A stretch of 64,000 nt of DNA from Planctomycetia bacterium (GCA_012269595.1 JAAXJX010000005.1:143472-207471); one strand, 5' to 3'; shown: positions 34,713 to 45,413, numbered from the stretch's first letter. Numbers and translations: made by a program. The notes: a model not told the origin generated them from the sequence alone.

Positions 34713-36680
34713 ATGTCACTGTCTCTCCATTCAACCTTCCTCCGCGGTTGTCTTCTGATTTGCCTCTGCTTCCTTTGCTCTGCGGACTTTATGGCAGAAA
34801 CCCATGCGTCCAGTCCTGTCGGTTCTGCGAGCGAGGTCGACGAGTTCTCTGCACTCAAGGTCGGTGACCGGGTCAGAGTGGTTCTTCGCCGGGGTGGAAG
34901 ATATGAAGGAGAGATCGTCGAGAAGAGTGGTGACTCCATCTCGATCAAACACAAGTTTGGTACGGCAAAGGTCTCACGTCAGGATCTCCTCGAATGGGAG
35001 CGATTCAAAACCCTCGCCGAGCAATATGAAGAGCGAGCCGCTGATTGCAAGACCGCCAATGACTGGTGTGATCTGGGCGATTGGGCAGTCGAACAGGGTG
35101 AGATCGAGCTCAGTCGTCAAGCCTTCCGTGAGGCGACCAAACTCCAATCCAACAATGCCCGTGCGCGCAAGGCTTTGGGTGAGGTCGAACACGACGGAAA
35201 GTGGATGCCACTCGAGGAAGCGATGGCGGCCCAGGGTAAACAGCTCTACGGAGGAGAATGGCTGACACCAGACGAGATCGCTGAGCGTGAAGAGGCCGAT
35301 TCTGCTGCACGCAGGGCCGAATCCCTCAAGGGCAGGGATGCCTATGTGGTCGAACTCCGGGGCAGGGCGTGGGCCGAGGTTGAGCCGATTGTGACGACCA
35401 ATTACGTCGTCTATTGCAACTCCACCGAGGAGAACGCCCGCTACTACGCGGATGTGATGGAGGCCCTCTACAAGGCCTACGATAAAGTCTTTATCGAGAA
35501 ATTCTGGCCCCGCAAGTTTCGCAAGAGCCCTCGCAGTGATGTTTACATCCATGCAAACCATCAGCAGTTCATGGACTGGACTGGCAATGGCCCTGGTATC
35601 GGCGGATTTTATAATCTGTTGCGTCAGGACGTGACCGGATACCACGGATCCTTCGGTTCCACCGGCAGTACGGAAGAAGTCCTCGCGCACGAGGGAACCC
35701 ACCAGTTCGAAGGCATGATCTTCAAGGACCTGCGCTTCCTGCCGATCTGGTTTATTGAGGGCCTGGCAGTCTACTTTGGTGATGGTTCGAAGATTGGCCG
35801 CCGCAAAGTGGAGATTAACCAGATTCCCCGTGACAGATTGGTTGGCTTGCAGCAGGCGATCGAGGATGGCTCCTACTGCGATCTTCGCAAGTTGTTGAGA
35901 GTCCCACAGCAGCGGTTCAGTGGATTCTTTTACGGTCATGCCTGGGGAATCCTCTACTGGTGCATCTACGGAAATCAGGCTCCGGTTAAAGCCTGGACCA
36001 CCAAAGAGAATACCGGCGGCAAGGTTCTGGAGGATTGGCTCTACCACGTTCAGGAAATGGACGGGATGTGCAACTATGAAAAAGAGGCACAGTTCTTTGA
36101 GGGCCTGATCACGAAGCACACCGGTCTGTCCATCGATGAGTGGGAAGAGGAATACAAGAACTGGATCCTCAAGTTGCCCGTGGAGGAAATCGGTCGCAAG
36201 CGTGGCCGGGAGTTCTCCAGTGAAGCGATTAAATTGGAGATCACCAAGCCTGCGGGATGGCGCTGGGAAAAATCCGGATCGCTGTACTCGGATGAGGTTG
36301 TCGCTTCTACCAGTACCGGCTCCAAGAAACGCAGGGCCTCCACCTACGCCTGGCCCAATTGGCAGCATGCCGAATTGAGTGAGGATTACGCCCGTTCACT
36401 GGTGGGCAATATCTTCCGCGATGTGAAATATGTTGACGAGCTTCAAGAGCGTCAGATGGGAGGAAATCCCATGATGGTGGCGGTCTTTGATGGCAAGCGT
36501 GTCATAGGCCTCGGTGAAAACAACACTCCCCAGTTGGGCGAAGAGCGTCGCTTTGCGGTCGGCTTCTTTGGCTCTCCTGACAAGATTTACGGAAACGTCT
36601 TGGAGTGTGAGTCCTCTGACTGGGAAAGTGCCGAGAAGTTCTTCGAAGAGTACACTGAAAAATTCAAATACACGGGCTGA
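34713..36680 (+). CDS. DUF1570-family putative zinc metallopeptidase (paralog 1)
   Basis: Signal peptide. The beta-module LKVGDRVRVVLRRGGRYEGEIVEKSGDSISIK. VLAHEGTHQF (HExxH) and WFIEGLAVYFGDGSK. Confidence 0.75.
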   Translation: MSLSLHSTFLRGCLLICLCFLCSADFMAETHASSPVGSASEVDEFSALKVGDRVRVVLRRGGRYEGEIVEKSGDSISIKHKFGTAKVSRQDLLEWERFKTLAEQYEERAADCKTANDWCDLGDWAVEQGEIELSRQAFREATKLQSNNARARKALGEVEHDGKWMPLEEAMAAQGKQLYGGEWLTPDEIAEREEADSAARRAESLKGRDAYVVELRGRAWAEVEPIVTTNYVVYCNSTEENARYYADVMEALYKAYDKVFIEKFWPRKFRKSPRSDVYIHANHQQFMDWTGNGPGIGGFYNLLRQDVTGYHGSFGSTGSTEEVLAHEGTHQFEGMIFKDLRFLPIWFIEGLAVYFGDGSKIGRRKVEINQIPRDRLVGLQQAIEDGSYCDLRKLLRVPQQRFSGFFYGHAWGILYWCIYGNQAPVKAWTTKENTGGKVLEDWLYHVQEMDGMCNYEKEAQFFEGLITKHTGLSIDEWEEEYKNWILKLPVEEIGRKRGREFSSEAIKLEITKPAGWRWEKSGSLYSDEVVASTSTGSKKRRASTYAWPNWQHAELSEDYARSLVGNIFRDVKYVDELQERQMGGNPMMVAVFDGKRVIGLGENNTPQLGEERRFAVGFFGSPDKIYGNVLECESSDWESAEKFFEEYTEKFKYTG

Positions 36681-36696
36681 GTCCCCCTGGGAAACC

Positions 36697-38823
36697 ATGA
36701 TGACCACTTCAAAATATTTTGTCTTTTACACGATCTTGACGACCCTCTTCCTCGGAGGACTGGGTGATCTGTTCGCCGGGAGTTCGACAGAGTCAGAAAA
36801 CTTCCTGACACTGCAACTGGGCGAGCGAGTGATCGTCGTTCTCAAGGATGGCAGTGAAGTGGTCGGAGAACTTGTGGAGGAGACTGAGACGGAGATTTCC
36901 GTCAAAAGTGTCTTTGGTGTAACCACCATCGAAAGTACCCGGATCGAAGAAGTGATCCGTGGTGAAGAAGTGGATCGCCGCGAATTCCGCAAACGGGAAA
37001 AAAGTGCCAATCGTCGTGGGTCTGCCAAGGCTTTTCTCGATCTTGCCCGCTGGGCGGAGCAGAGGGGACTTTCTGCCCAGTCGATGAGCGCTTATCAAAG
37101 GGTCCTTGAACTGGACCCTGAAAATGAGCCCGCAAGAATCGCACTGGGTTGGGGACAAACTTCTGACGGAGTCTGGAAAAAACCTTCAGAGGTGAAGGAG
37201 TTGATCGCCAAAGGCTGGAATCTGTCGGGTGGAAAGTTGTCTGCACCAGGCGGAACGGGAGAATCCACCGGAACTCCCGGAAAACCTCCTGTCCAGAAAC
37301 CCAAACCCAGGATTCCAGAAGCATCTCCCGCACCCGGCAGTACGGCTGAAGCACTCTCTCCTGAGCAGAAGAAGCGCCGAGAGAAAGAGTTGGAAAAACG
37401 CCGAGAGAACCGTGAGAAATTTGAAGAGAAGAAGCGTAAAGAGTACGAAGGTGTACCCTGGCCCAATCGCAGCATCATCAAGTCCAGAAATTGGCAGATT
37501 GAGTGCAACAGCACTCCGGAAGTCTCCCGAACCTATCAATGGATTATGGAAGCGCTCTCTTCAACATTGGGCAAGTTTTTCAAAGCCAAGGATGTCCGTC
37601 GTCAAAAACCGGTGGTCAAGATTTACCGCAATCATGATGAATTCATGCTCAAGACGGGTATGGGACCGGGGGTTGGGGGATTCTATCAACCTTCCAGTCA
37701 AAATGTCGTCGCCTATCACGGGACCTTCGGCCTGACCGGAACTACCTATACTGTTCTGGCCCATGAGGGAACGCATGCATTCCAGGGCAAGAAGATGGCC
37801 AATATGGGGAATTATCCCAACTGGTACATCGAAGGGATGGCCGTTTACTTCGGAGATGGCTCCAAGCTGGATTACAAAAAGAAAAAGATCGTCAGTGGAT
37901 TGATTCCGAGAGATCGTCTCTTCCACATTCAGGACAAGATCCGTGAAAACAAGCACACTCCCCTGTCCAAGTTGGGGGGGCTTGCACGCAACCGTTTCAG
38001 CGGTACCCACTATGCGGATTCGTGGGCAGTTTGGCACTACCTGATCAATGGCCCCGAGAGCAAAAAGGGTCAACGCTTCCTTGCAGAATATTGGATCATG
38101 GGAGAGAAGCGCAGAGTCGCACAACGCCAGTTCAACGAATTGGCTGAAAAATACTTCGGTAGCGTGGCCGAGATGGAAAAGGATTGGCAAGCCTACGTTC
38201 TCTCCCTCAAGCCTGATCCTGCAGGTGAGATCGATGGTGATGTCTTCACGTCCATGGATTTCATGTTCAAAATCACACGACCCAACTCAGAGTGGGATTT
38301 CATTCTGGAAGACATCGAGGATCGCGATCTGGTACTTCTGCGCAAGGGTGACACTCGTAATGAGATCAGGGTGCGTCTGCTCTCAAAATCTGAGGAGACC
38401 CAGACTCCGGAAGATTGGGTTCAGGCAGACCTGTTGCCTGCATTGCGAAAAAAATACGATAACGTGATTCAACTGGAGGGTGAGTTGGGTGGGCTGAAAG
38501 CCTTCGTCTTCGAGTACGAAGATCGAGCTCCGGAGCCACCAAAGAAGGACGAAGAGAAAGATGCGGAGAAGTCGGGGGACACCAAAACCCGGAATCTCGC
38601 TCTACAGGATCCTCCCGACGGCGAGAAATCGGGAGACAAGAAGGAAGAAGTCGCCGAGCGCGAGCCCTTCAAACCTCTCAAGCACCGCTCATACGTCCTT
38701 GTCGGAGTCAGTAACGCTTACGAGTTAAGAGGATCTTTCGAGCTTCCTGAGTTCAACTCACATTTGCCGGATCTCGATTGGGTCTCCTTCTCATTTGAGA
38801 AGATTCTTCAAAACCGTTGGTAG
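36697..38823 (+). CDS. DUF1570-family putative zinc metallopeptidase (paralog 2) with a Lys/Glu-rich insert and acidic C-terminal region
   Basis: The ATG at 36697 (MMTTSKYFVFYTILTTLFLGGL) lies 17 nt after the paralog-1 stop. LQLGERVIVVLKDGSEVVGELVEETETEISVK, VLAHEGTHAF, WYIEGMAVYFGDGSK. Confidence 0.75.
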   Translation: MMTTSKYFVFYTILTTLFLGGLGDLFAGSSTESENFLTLQLGERVIVVLKDGSEVVGELVEETETEISVKSVFGVTTIESTRIEEVIRGEEVDRREFRKREKSANRRGSAKAFLDLARWAEQRGLSAQSMSAYQRVLELDPENEPARIALGWGQTSDGVWKKPSEVKELIAKGWNLSGGKLSAPGGTGESTGTPGKPPVQKPKPRIPEASPAPGSTAEALSPEQKKRREKELEKRRENREKFEEKKRKEYEGVPWPNRSIIKSRNWQIECNSTPEVSRTYQWIMEALSSTLGKFFKAKDVRRQKPVVKIYRNHDEFMLKTGMGPGVGGFYQPSSQNVVAYHGTFGLTGTTYTVLAHEGTHAFQGKKMANMGNYPNWYIEGMAVYFGDGSKLDYKKKKIVSGLIPRDRLFHIQDKIRENKHTPLSKLGGLARNRFSGTHYADSWAVWHYLINGPESKKGQRFLAEYWIMGEKRRVAQRQFNELAEKYFGSVAEMEKDWQAYVLSLKPDPAGEIDGDVFTSMDFMFKITRPNSEWDFILEDIEDRDLVLLRKGDTRNEIRVRLLSKSEETQTPEDWVQADLLPALRKKYDNVIQLEGELGGLKAFVFEYEDRAPEPPKKDEEKDAEKSGDTKTRNLALQDPPDGEKSGDKKEEVAEREPFKPLKHRSYVLVGVSNAYELRGSFELPEFNSHLPDLDWVSFSFEKILQNRW

Positions 38824-38839
38824 TGGATCCGTATCCAAA

Positions 38840-39520
38840 TCATTGACCGGGCGACAATTTGAGCGTCACTCCGCCCGGAGCATGGGTGAGGTCTTTGATC
38901 TCGAGGGGTAAAAATCCCAGGTCGCTGACTTGTTGGAGAATCCTGTCGACGATTTTTTTGGCGGCCTCTTCCTCGATAACTTCGCCAGGTTGCTGCGTGT
39001 AGATGAACCCCCAGCTGTACTCATCCAGACGAACGCTTTCGACAACTTTGTTGAGAATCCGGAATTCTCCGGTCATGGTGAAGTTGAGAAAGCGACCCCG
39101 TTTCAGATAATCCTGATCTTCTGCATCTTCAGGGATACCGAGGCTGACCCTGAGGGAGAGAGATCCATCGGGAGAACTCTGACAATGAAAGCCGCTTCCC
39201 GCAGACAGTTTCCCGGATTCGATTCCTTCTTCGATCCACCGTTGAATCGTCAGATTCCATGAGTCCGAATCAGCAGTGACTTCGAGGTCTCCGAGGTACC
39301 ACTCTTCCGGGATTTGGACAGGCTCAGCCAATGTTTCGATGGGGGGCATCGGCAGTGGTTCGCGAGGGAGTCCCCCTGAAGTCACCATCCACAGGGCAAT
39401 CAGTAAACCCACCGCCAGAGTCAGGATCAGTACAGTGGCACAGCCGATCAACTTGAAGAGCGGGCGCGAGGTTTGTCCCTCAGGTTGAGGTTCGGGTTTG
39501 GGTGTCGATTCGGAGCTCAT
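38840..39520 (-). CDS. Single-pass membrane protein, unknown function
   Basis: The ATG at 39520 is preceded by GGAAGGAAG. MSSESTPKPEPQPEG..., then TM segment LIGCATVLILTLAVGLLIALWMV. The ORF is open to 39598. Confidence 0.45.
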   Translation of the reverse strand: MSSESTPKPEPQPEGQTSRPLFKLIGCATVLILTLAVGLLIALWMVTSGGLPREPLPMPPIETLAEPVQIPEEWYLGDLEVTADSDSWNLTIQRWIEEGIESGKLSAGSGFHCQSSPDGSLSLRVSLGIPEDAEDQDYLKRGRFLNFTMTGEFRILNKVVESVRLDEYSWGFIYTQQPGEVIEEEAAKKIVDRILQQVSDLGFLPLEIKDLTHAPGGVTLKLSPGQ

Positions 39521-39666
39521 CTGGATCTTCTTCCTTCCGAGGTGGATATCATGTCCTGCGGGTTCTTCCAGAGGTGGAAATCTCGGAATATGGGCCATAA
39601 TTATCGGTCAATTCCCTCCCAGAATTAGGCAGAAATCGATATAAGCAGAGGTAAGACCGGTGGGGT

Positions 39667-42600
39667 TTGTCAGATTTCTCCAGGACCGCCGGTTCCTTTC
39701 GTGACCAAAGTTGGATCTCGGGGGACTCGATGCAGAATGGTGACAGCAACAATCGCTTCCAGGGACGCCTTGCGGGGCTTGTCGACCCGGCAGATTCTCA
39801 TGTCGTAGATGACAAGCTTGCCCCCTTGCTCAGAGACTTTCTCGAGCAATACGACGCTGTTCTGGATGAGCTGGATGATGAAAATGTTCTGCGTCGGCTT
39901 GCGGGCGATCTGCTGGCAACTTTCAACCTTTTTCTCGATCGTCAGAAAGACCAGATTCTGGTCAGGATTACTTCCGAGAAAAAAAGCGGCAGGAAGTCAG
40001 CAAGTACCTTCATCGATGTGGTCTGCAAAGACCAACCCTTTGTTGTCGATACGATCCAACTGATTCTGGAAACCCACTCATTGGCTGTGGTCAGTAAGCA
40101 CTCGGCCAGTGCACCTGTCATCAGAAACCAGGACGGGCGAGTTCGGGCCATCGATGGAACCGATTCCGGTGCTGTCGACGAGATTATTTGTCACTTCGAA
40201 GTGGCGCAATCTTCCGACGATGAGCTCTTGGCGACTCTTCAGGCTGAAGTTCAAATGAGGCTTGAGCAGGCTTTTGTCATCGTTCGCGATTACAAACGCA
40301 TGAAAGCGGTCATCCAGGATTCGATTCGCAACATCCGCAAAGTCTCCAGCAAAAAATCCCAGCAGAACCTGGTTGAGACCCGTGAACTTCTGGAGTGGTT
40401 GTTGTTGGACAACTTCGTCTTTTTCGGGGTCGAGAGGTGGGGGGAAAACGCTCATTCAGTGGATTCTCTTCAATTGGGAATCGAATCTGCAGAGTCGAGT
40501 GACAGGGAAATCCTGCAGCAGGGGCAGGCAACGCTCCAATCGGAAGACTGCCCCAAGGGTAGACTGGTTGCTTTCAAGGGCTTTGAGGAATCTCTCGTTC
40601 ACAGAAAGGGAAAGCTGGATCACTTTCTCCTTCTGGAGGAGGGACCGGAGGGAGAATTCCAGTTTGTTCATATCTGGGGTTTATTCACCTTCAAGGCTCT
40701 TCAGGTCCCCGGAGTCCGAATCCCCTTTGTACGTGAAAAGCTGGAAGAGGTGGTCTCGCAGCACCCATTCCCCAAGGGAGGATTGCGGTACAAGTCTTAT
40801 GAAACCGCATTCAACTCAATCCCTGTCGAGTTCCTCTTTGAGGCTGGAAATGGGGAAATCGAGGGTGTGATTCAGGCGATTCACTACGTTGAGAGATCGA
40901 GGGAAATCCACGGTCACATGGTGATGGGGGCTGATCGCCGGCGCGGGTTGTACTTTCTCATCACGCCGCGCGAAGGGTATTCGGAAGAGCAACGATCGGG
41001 AATTGAGAAAATCCTGGTCGAATCAATGGGAGCGAACTATTCCGATTCTAGGTTCCACATCGGAAAACATGGAACGGTGTTGTTGTCGTTTTTCCTGACT
41101 GCGACCGAGGAACTTGCCGATGTAGAGGAAACGGTGATCCAAGAGCAGGTGAAGTTGTTGACCGGAACATGGTCAGAGCGATTTCATCGATATCTGGAAT
41201 CGGTTTCCGAGGAGGACTCTGACGCACTCTTCATGAGATACAGGGATGCGTTTCCTCAGGAGTATCAGGTACTTCACAGTCCTCATGAAGCCTTTGTGGA
41301 CGCAACCTGCCTTGAAAGTGTCCGGTCTGACAGTGGGCCTGAAATGGAGTTCAATCTCTTCAGAACAGAAGACGATGTTGCTAACAACTCCGCAAGAATC
41401 AGGCTTTACCAACGGAAAAATCAACTCCTGTCCACGACGTTGCCGATCCTGGATAATTTTGGGATCAGTATTGTTGATCAAAATGCATACCGAGTTCGCC
41501 CCAGTTCAGGGGATGTCTTCACCATTGATACATTCCAGGTTCATGGAATCTATGACGACCAGCATCCACTGATTCGAAACAAGACGGAGTTCCTCTCCGC
41601 TCTCAGAAGCATCTTTCTGGGGGGCGCTAGCAGCGACGGACTCGACCGCCTGGTGATTGAAACCGGGCTGTGTCATCAGGATGTGGAATTGATCCGCAAT
41701 CAGTTGCATTACATGCATCAGTTGGGATTGTCGACCACGGTTGCGTTTGCTTCCGATACGCTGTGCCAACATCAGGAGATTACCAAAAGCCTCCTTCAGT
41801 ACTATTCATTGAGGTTTAACCCCGCATTGGATCTGGATCTCAAGAGCAGGGAACAGCAAGCGCAGGAAATCTACGAAGATCTGCAGAGAACACTGATCGA
41901 GGTCCGGTCCAGTGCCCAAGACCAGTTCCTCAGAAAGATTATTGAAGTCTTTCGGGCGACTCTCAGAACCACACGGTATCTGGAAACTGATCCTGCACTT
42001 CAAGCCTACAAATACCAATCAGGGGCCCTTCCCCATGGCCCACAGCCCCGACCTTGGCGCGAGATCTATGTCCATCATCCTGAAGTGGAGGGGATCCACT
42101 TGCGGGGAGGGCCTCTCGCACGGGGTGGACTGCGCTGGTCCGATCGGGTGACCGATTTCAGGACTGAGGTCTACGGTCTGCAGCAGACTCAAATGGTCAA
42201 AAACGTGCTGATTGTTCCTGTGGGGGCCAAGGGTGGATTTGTTCTGCGAAAGCCCGCCGGAAATCGTCAGGATCGGCGTGAACAGGCGGACCGGGTCTAC
42301 AGGCTTTTCATCAAGGGACTTCTGAAAATCACCGACAACGTGATCGACGGAAAGGTCGAGCATCCCGAGAACATCATCTGCTGGGACGGCGAAGATCCCT
42401 ATCTCGTGGTTGCAGCAGACAAGGGAACTGCTCACCTCTCTGATACTGCCAACTCCATCTCTGAAGAGCATGGTTTCTGGCTGGATGACGCTTTTGCCTC
42501 CGGAGGCAAGCACGGGTACGACCACAAGGAATTGGCAATTACTGCACGTGGAGCATGGGAAGAAGCGAAGATTCACTTCCGCAGATTGGGAATCCGTGAA

Positions 42601-44511
42601 GAAGTGACGCCCTATTCCGTAGTGGGAATCGGTGACATGAGTGGCGACGTGTTTGGAAATGGAATGATCCTTGCCAAAAAAGGCAAGCTTCTCGCCGCTT
42701 TCAATCATTTGCACATTTTCATCGACCCCGATCCGGATCTTGAAACGTCTTACGCTGAGCGCTGCAGGCTTTTTAACCTTCAGCGATCTAATTGGTCTGA
42801 CTACAACACAGACCTGATCTCTCAGGGAGGCGGAGTCTTTGACAGAACGCTGAAAACCATCGATTTGCCAGAGATCTCACGAGAGTTGTTGGAGCTGCCA
42901 GCGGATGAAACCTTCACACCGGATCAGATCATTCAGGCGATTCTCAAATTGCCTGTGGATATGGTCTTCAATGGTGGAATCGGCACATACATCCGAGCGG
43001 ACGAAGAACGAGACCAGGACGTGGGAGACCCGGCGAACAGCGCCTGCAGGATTCCCGCTTCTGCCGTGAGATGCCGCATGCTTGTCGAAGGGGGTAACCT
43101 TGGAGTCACTCCCAAGGGCCGGATTCAAATCTCCAGTCAAGGCACCATGCTCAATACGGACTTCATTGATAACTCAGGTGGGGTGGATTGCTCAGACCAT
43201 GAGGTCAATCTGAAGACTTTGCTTTCACAGGAGGTCCGTACAGGAAGATTGAATTTCGACGAGCGGAATTCCCTCCTTGAGGAAGTTCAGGACGAGGTAT
43301 GTGAGTTGGTCCTCGAAAATAACCGTGATCAGGGACTCCTGTTGGGGCTCGACGAAATTCGAAGTCATAGCGATCCGTTTTCGTTCGAACGTACCATCTC
43401 CGTTCTGGAAGACCGGGAAATCCTTAACCGATCCGAGCAGTTCTTGCCAACCCCAGAGGAATTAGCCAAGCGTCATGCCGAGGGGCAGTCTCTGACTCGT
43501 CCCGAGCTTGCGGTTATCGCTGCTCACGCAAAGATGGATGTTTACCGCAGATTGCTGAAGCAGCCGGCGGGGAGGATCGATGAAGAGAGACTGCTCTTCG
43601 ATTACTTCCCGGAAGCGGTCAGGGAGAGATTCCCCGAAGCGGTTCGACAGCACCAACTTAAACGGGAAATTGCCATGACAGTGGCAACCAACCGGATCAT
43701 CAACAGGGCCGGCTCCTCTTTCTTCACCGATATGGAGCGTGAAACGGGTCGATCCGTGGGGCATGTGGCTCAGGCTTATCTGGTCGCAGATGACCTTGTG
43801 GGTGCAGAGAAAATGCGCAGGTCGATTTACGCACTGACCGAGATGGATTCGGAAACAGCGGATCAGGCTCTGGTAAGGATTGAGGAATGCCTTCGCCGTG
43901 CTGCGGCATGGTTGCTCAGTACTCATGACGATGATCGACTTCAGCGAATACAGGCTCTGATTCTCGAGGGAGTCAGCCCCTTGGAAGAATACGAGCAGTC
44001 GATCCCATCTTGCCTGGCTCTTCCTGAACTTGAAAGATTCAACGCTTACGTCAACGAGGCCGTACAAGCAGGTTTCCCAGAAGATCTGGCGATCAGGCTT
44101 GCCAAGTTCGAATATCTGACGGCTGGTGTGAGAATCCTGGACGTCAGTAACACCTACAGTTTGAGAGTGGACCATGTTGCCCGCCTTTATTACCTGTTGG
44201 GTAATGAGAGTGGATTGCACCCCCTCGTTCGAAAGTGCGATGAATCGGTCCTTTCCGGTCGCTGGGACTCACTCTCGATGCGAATTCTCCGGAATACGAT
44301 TCTGGATGGATTGTGGGCCTTGGTTGCCAGAATTTGTGAGTCGAACCCCGACTCTCAAACCCCGGGTTGGATCGAAGAAAGCATCCGTGAGTTGCGGGCC
44401 AATCCGAGCTTTGGAGCCCTCGAGTCTGATATCCGGAGAATCGGATCTGACGAGTTGAGTATCGCCTCGGTGCAGGTGTTGAGTGTGAGATTCCGCAGAC
44501 TGGTCGAGTAG
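39667..44511 (+). CDS. gdhB: NAD-specific glutamate dehydrogenase, large (about 180 kDa) class
   Basis: 1614 aa. GGLRWSDRVTDFRTEVYGLQQTQMVKNVLIVPVGAKGGFV and GIGDMSGDVFGNGM are signatures of the Bac_GDH family. Start is TTG 39667 or ATG 39730. Confidence 0.88.
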   Translation: MSDFSRTAGSFRDQSWISGDSMQNGDSNNRFQGRLAGLVDPADSHVVDDKLAPLLRDFLEQYDAVLDELDDENVLRRLAGDLLATFNLFLDRQKDQILVRITSEKKSGRKSASTFIDVVCKDQPFVVDTIQLILETHSLAVVSKHSASAPVIRNQDGRVRAIDGTDSGAVDEIICHFEVAQSSDDELLATLQAEVQMRLEQAFVIVRDYKRMKAVIQDSIRNIRKVSSKKSQQNLVETRELLEWLLLDNFVFFGVERWGENAHSVDSLQLGIESAESSDREILQQGQATLQSEDCPKGRLVAFKGFEESLVHRKGKLDHFLLLEEGPEGEFQFVHIWGLFTFKALQVPGVRIPFVREKLEEVVSQHPFPKGGLRYKSYETAFNSIPVEFLFEAGNGEIEGVIQAIHYVERSREIHGHMVMGADRRRGLYFLITPREGYSEEQRSGIEKILVESMGANYSDSRFHIGKHGTVLLSFFLTATEELADVEETVIQEQVKLLTGTWSERFHRYLESVSEEDSDALFMRYRDAFPQEYQVLHSPHEAFVDATCLESVRSDSGPEMEFNLFRTEDDVANNSARIRLYQRKNQLLSTTLPILDNFGISIVDQNAYRVRPSSGDVFTIDTFQVHGIYDDQHPLIRNKTEFLSALRSIFLGGASSDGLDRLVIETGLCHQDVELIRNQLHYMHQLGLSTTVAFASDTLCQHQEITKSLLQYYSLRFNPALDLDLKSREQQAQEIYEDLQRTLIEVRSSAQDQFLRKIIEVFRATLRTTRYLETDPALQAYKYQSGALPHGPQPRPWREIYVHHPEVEGIHLRGGPLARGGLRWSDRVTDFRTEVYGLQQTQMVKNVLIVPVGAKGGFVLRKPAGNRQDRREQADRVYRLFIKGLLKITDNVIDGKVEHPENIICWDGEDPYLVVAADKGTAHLSDTANSISEEHGFWLDDAFASGGKHGYDHKELAITARGAWEEAKIHFRRLGIREEVTPYSVVGIGDMSGDVFGNGMILAKKGKLLAAFNHLHIFIDPDPDLETSYAERCRLFNLQRSNWSDYNTDLISQGGGVFDRTLKTIDLPEISRELLELPADETFTPDQIIQAILKLPVDMVFNGGIGTYIRADEERDQDVGDPANSACRIPASAVRCRMLVEGGNLGVTPKGRIQISSQGTMLNTDFIDNSGGVDCSDHEVNLKTLLSQEVRTGRLNFDERNSLLEEVQDEVCELVLENNRDQGLLLGLDEIRSHSDPFSFERTISVLEDREILNRSEQFLPTPEELAKRHAEGQSLTRPELAVIAAHAKMDVYRRLLKQPAGRIDEERLLFDYFPEAVRERFPEAVRQHQLKREIAMTVATNRIINRAGSSFFTDMERETGRSVGHVAQAYLVADDLVGAEKMRRSIYALTEMDSETADQALVRIEECLRRAAAWLLSTHDDDRLQRIQALILEGVSPLEEYEQSIPSCLALPELERFNAYVNEAVQAGFPEDLAIRLAKFEYLTAGVRILDVSNTYSLRVDHVARLYYLLGNESGLHPLVRKCDESVLSGRWDSLSMRILRNTILDGLWALVARICESNPDSQTPGWIEESIRELRANPSFGALESDIRRIGSDELSIASVQVLSVRFRRLVE

Positions 44512-44522
44512 GAGGCTCGGTT

Positions 44523-45392
44523 TTGACCCAGCATTCCGGAGCAGTTTCGAGAGTTTTGTGGCTGACACTGGGGGCCAACCTCACCGTCGCAGTTTGCAAG
44601 CTCATCTTCGGATTCATGAGTGGGTTGGCTTCTGTGATCGCAGACGGCTATCACTCGCTTCTGGATGCCTCGAGTAACCTGGTTGGCCTTGTTGGAATCC
44701 GAATCTCAGCCGCTCCTCCTGATGACGATCATCCCTATGGACATCAGAAATTCGAGATCTTCTCCTCGATGGGAATCGCCCTGTTGCTGTTTGTAGCCGC
44801 ATACAACATCGTCGGTGAGGCGATGGAACGCTGGCAATCCCGCGAGGTGCATGAAGCGCTTGCATGGGGATACCCTTTGCTTGGCATGACACTGGTCGTG
44901 ACCTATCTGTTGCAACGGTGGCAGCGAAAGAAGGCCCGTGAGCTTTCAAGCGCTATATTGCATGCCGACAGTGAACACACCCGGTCCGATTTTCTTGCCA
45001 CTTTGGGAGCACTCATGGCAGTCATTGCACTGGATCTGGGCTATCCGGAAGTGGATGCCATCGTGGCACTTTGTATTGGTCTTGCGATAGCCCGTTCCGG
45101 AGTCCTGATCGCCTTGCAATCAGCGGGCATTCTTGCAGACAAGGCCCCTCTGCCAGCCTCCGAGATCATCCGCAGGGCGGAGGGATTCCCGGAGGTTCGC
45201 CTGGTCAGGGATGTTCGGAGTCGGGGATTTGGCAGTGGGATCTTTGTCGACCTGAGCATTCAACTGGATTCGAATCTCAGCCTAGAATCCGCCCATGAGA
45301 TCGCTCACAAGGTCGAGGATCGGTTGAGGGCTGATATCCCCGGGATCCACGATGTCGTGATCCACGTGGAGCCTTATGGCTCAAGTAAATGA
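44523..45392 (+). CDS. Cation diffusion facilitator (CDF) family metal efflux transporter
   Basis: GGAGG 7 nt before TTG 44523. ADGYHSLLDASSNLVGLVGI...DDDHPYGHQKFEIFSS...HADSEHTRSD. Confidence 0.85.
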   Translation: MTQHSGAVSRVLWLTLGANLTVAVCKLIFGFMSGLASVIADGYHSLLDASSNLVGLVGIRISAAPPDDDHPYGHQKFEIFSSMGIALLLFVAAYNIVGEAMERWQSREVHEALAWGYPLLGMTLVVTYLLQRWQRKKARELSSAILHADSEHTRSDFLATLGALMAVIALDLGYPEVDAIVALCIGLAIARSGVLIALQSAGILADKAPLPASEIIRRAEGFPEVRLVRDVRSRGFGSGIFVDLSIQLDSNLSLESAHEIAHKVEDRLRADIPGIHDVVIHVEPYGSSK

Positions 45393-45413
45393 TGACAACG
45401 CCTGCGGCCAGTT

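Noticed and set aside
34974-36368. 464-aa minus-strand ORF
   Set aside because: It is antisense to DUF1570 paralog 1, which has a signal peptide and HExxH motifs. The ORF itself has no motifs, so I treat it as a shadow ORF.
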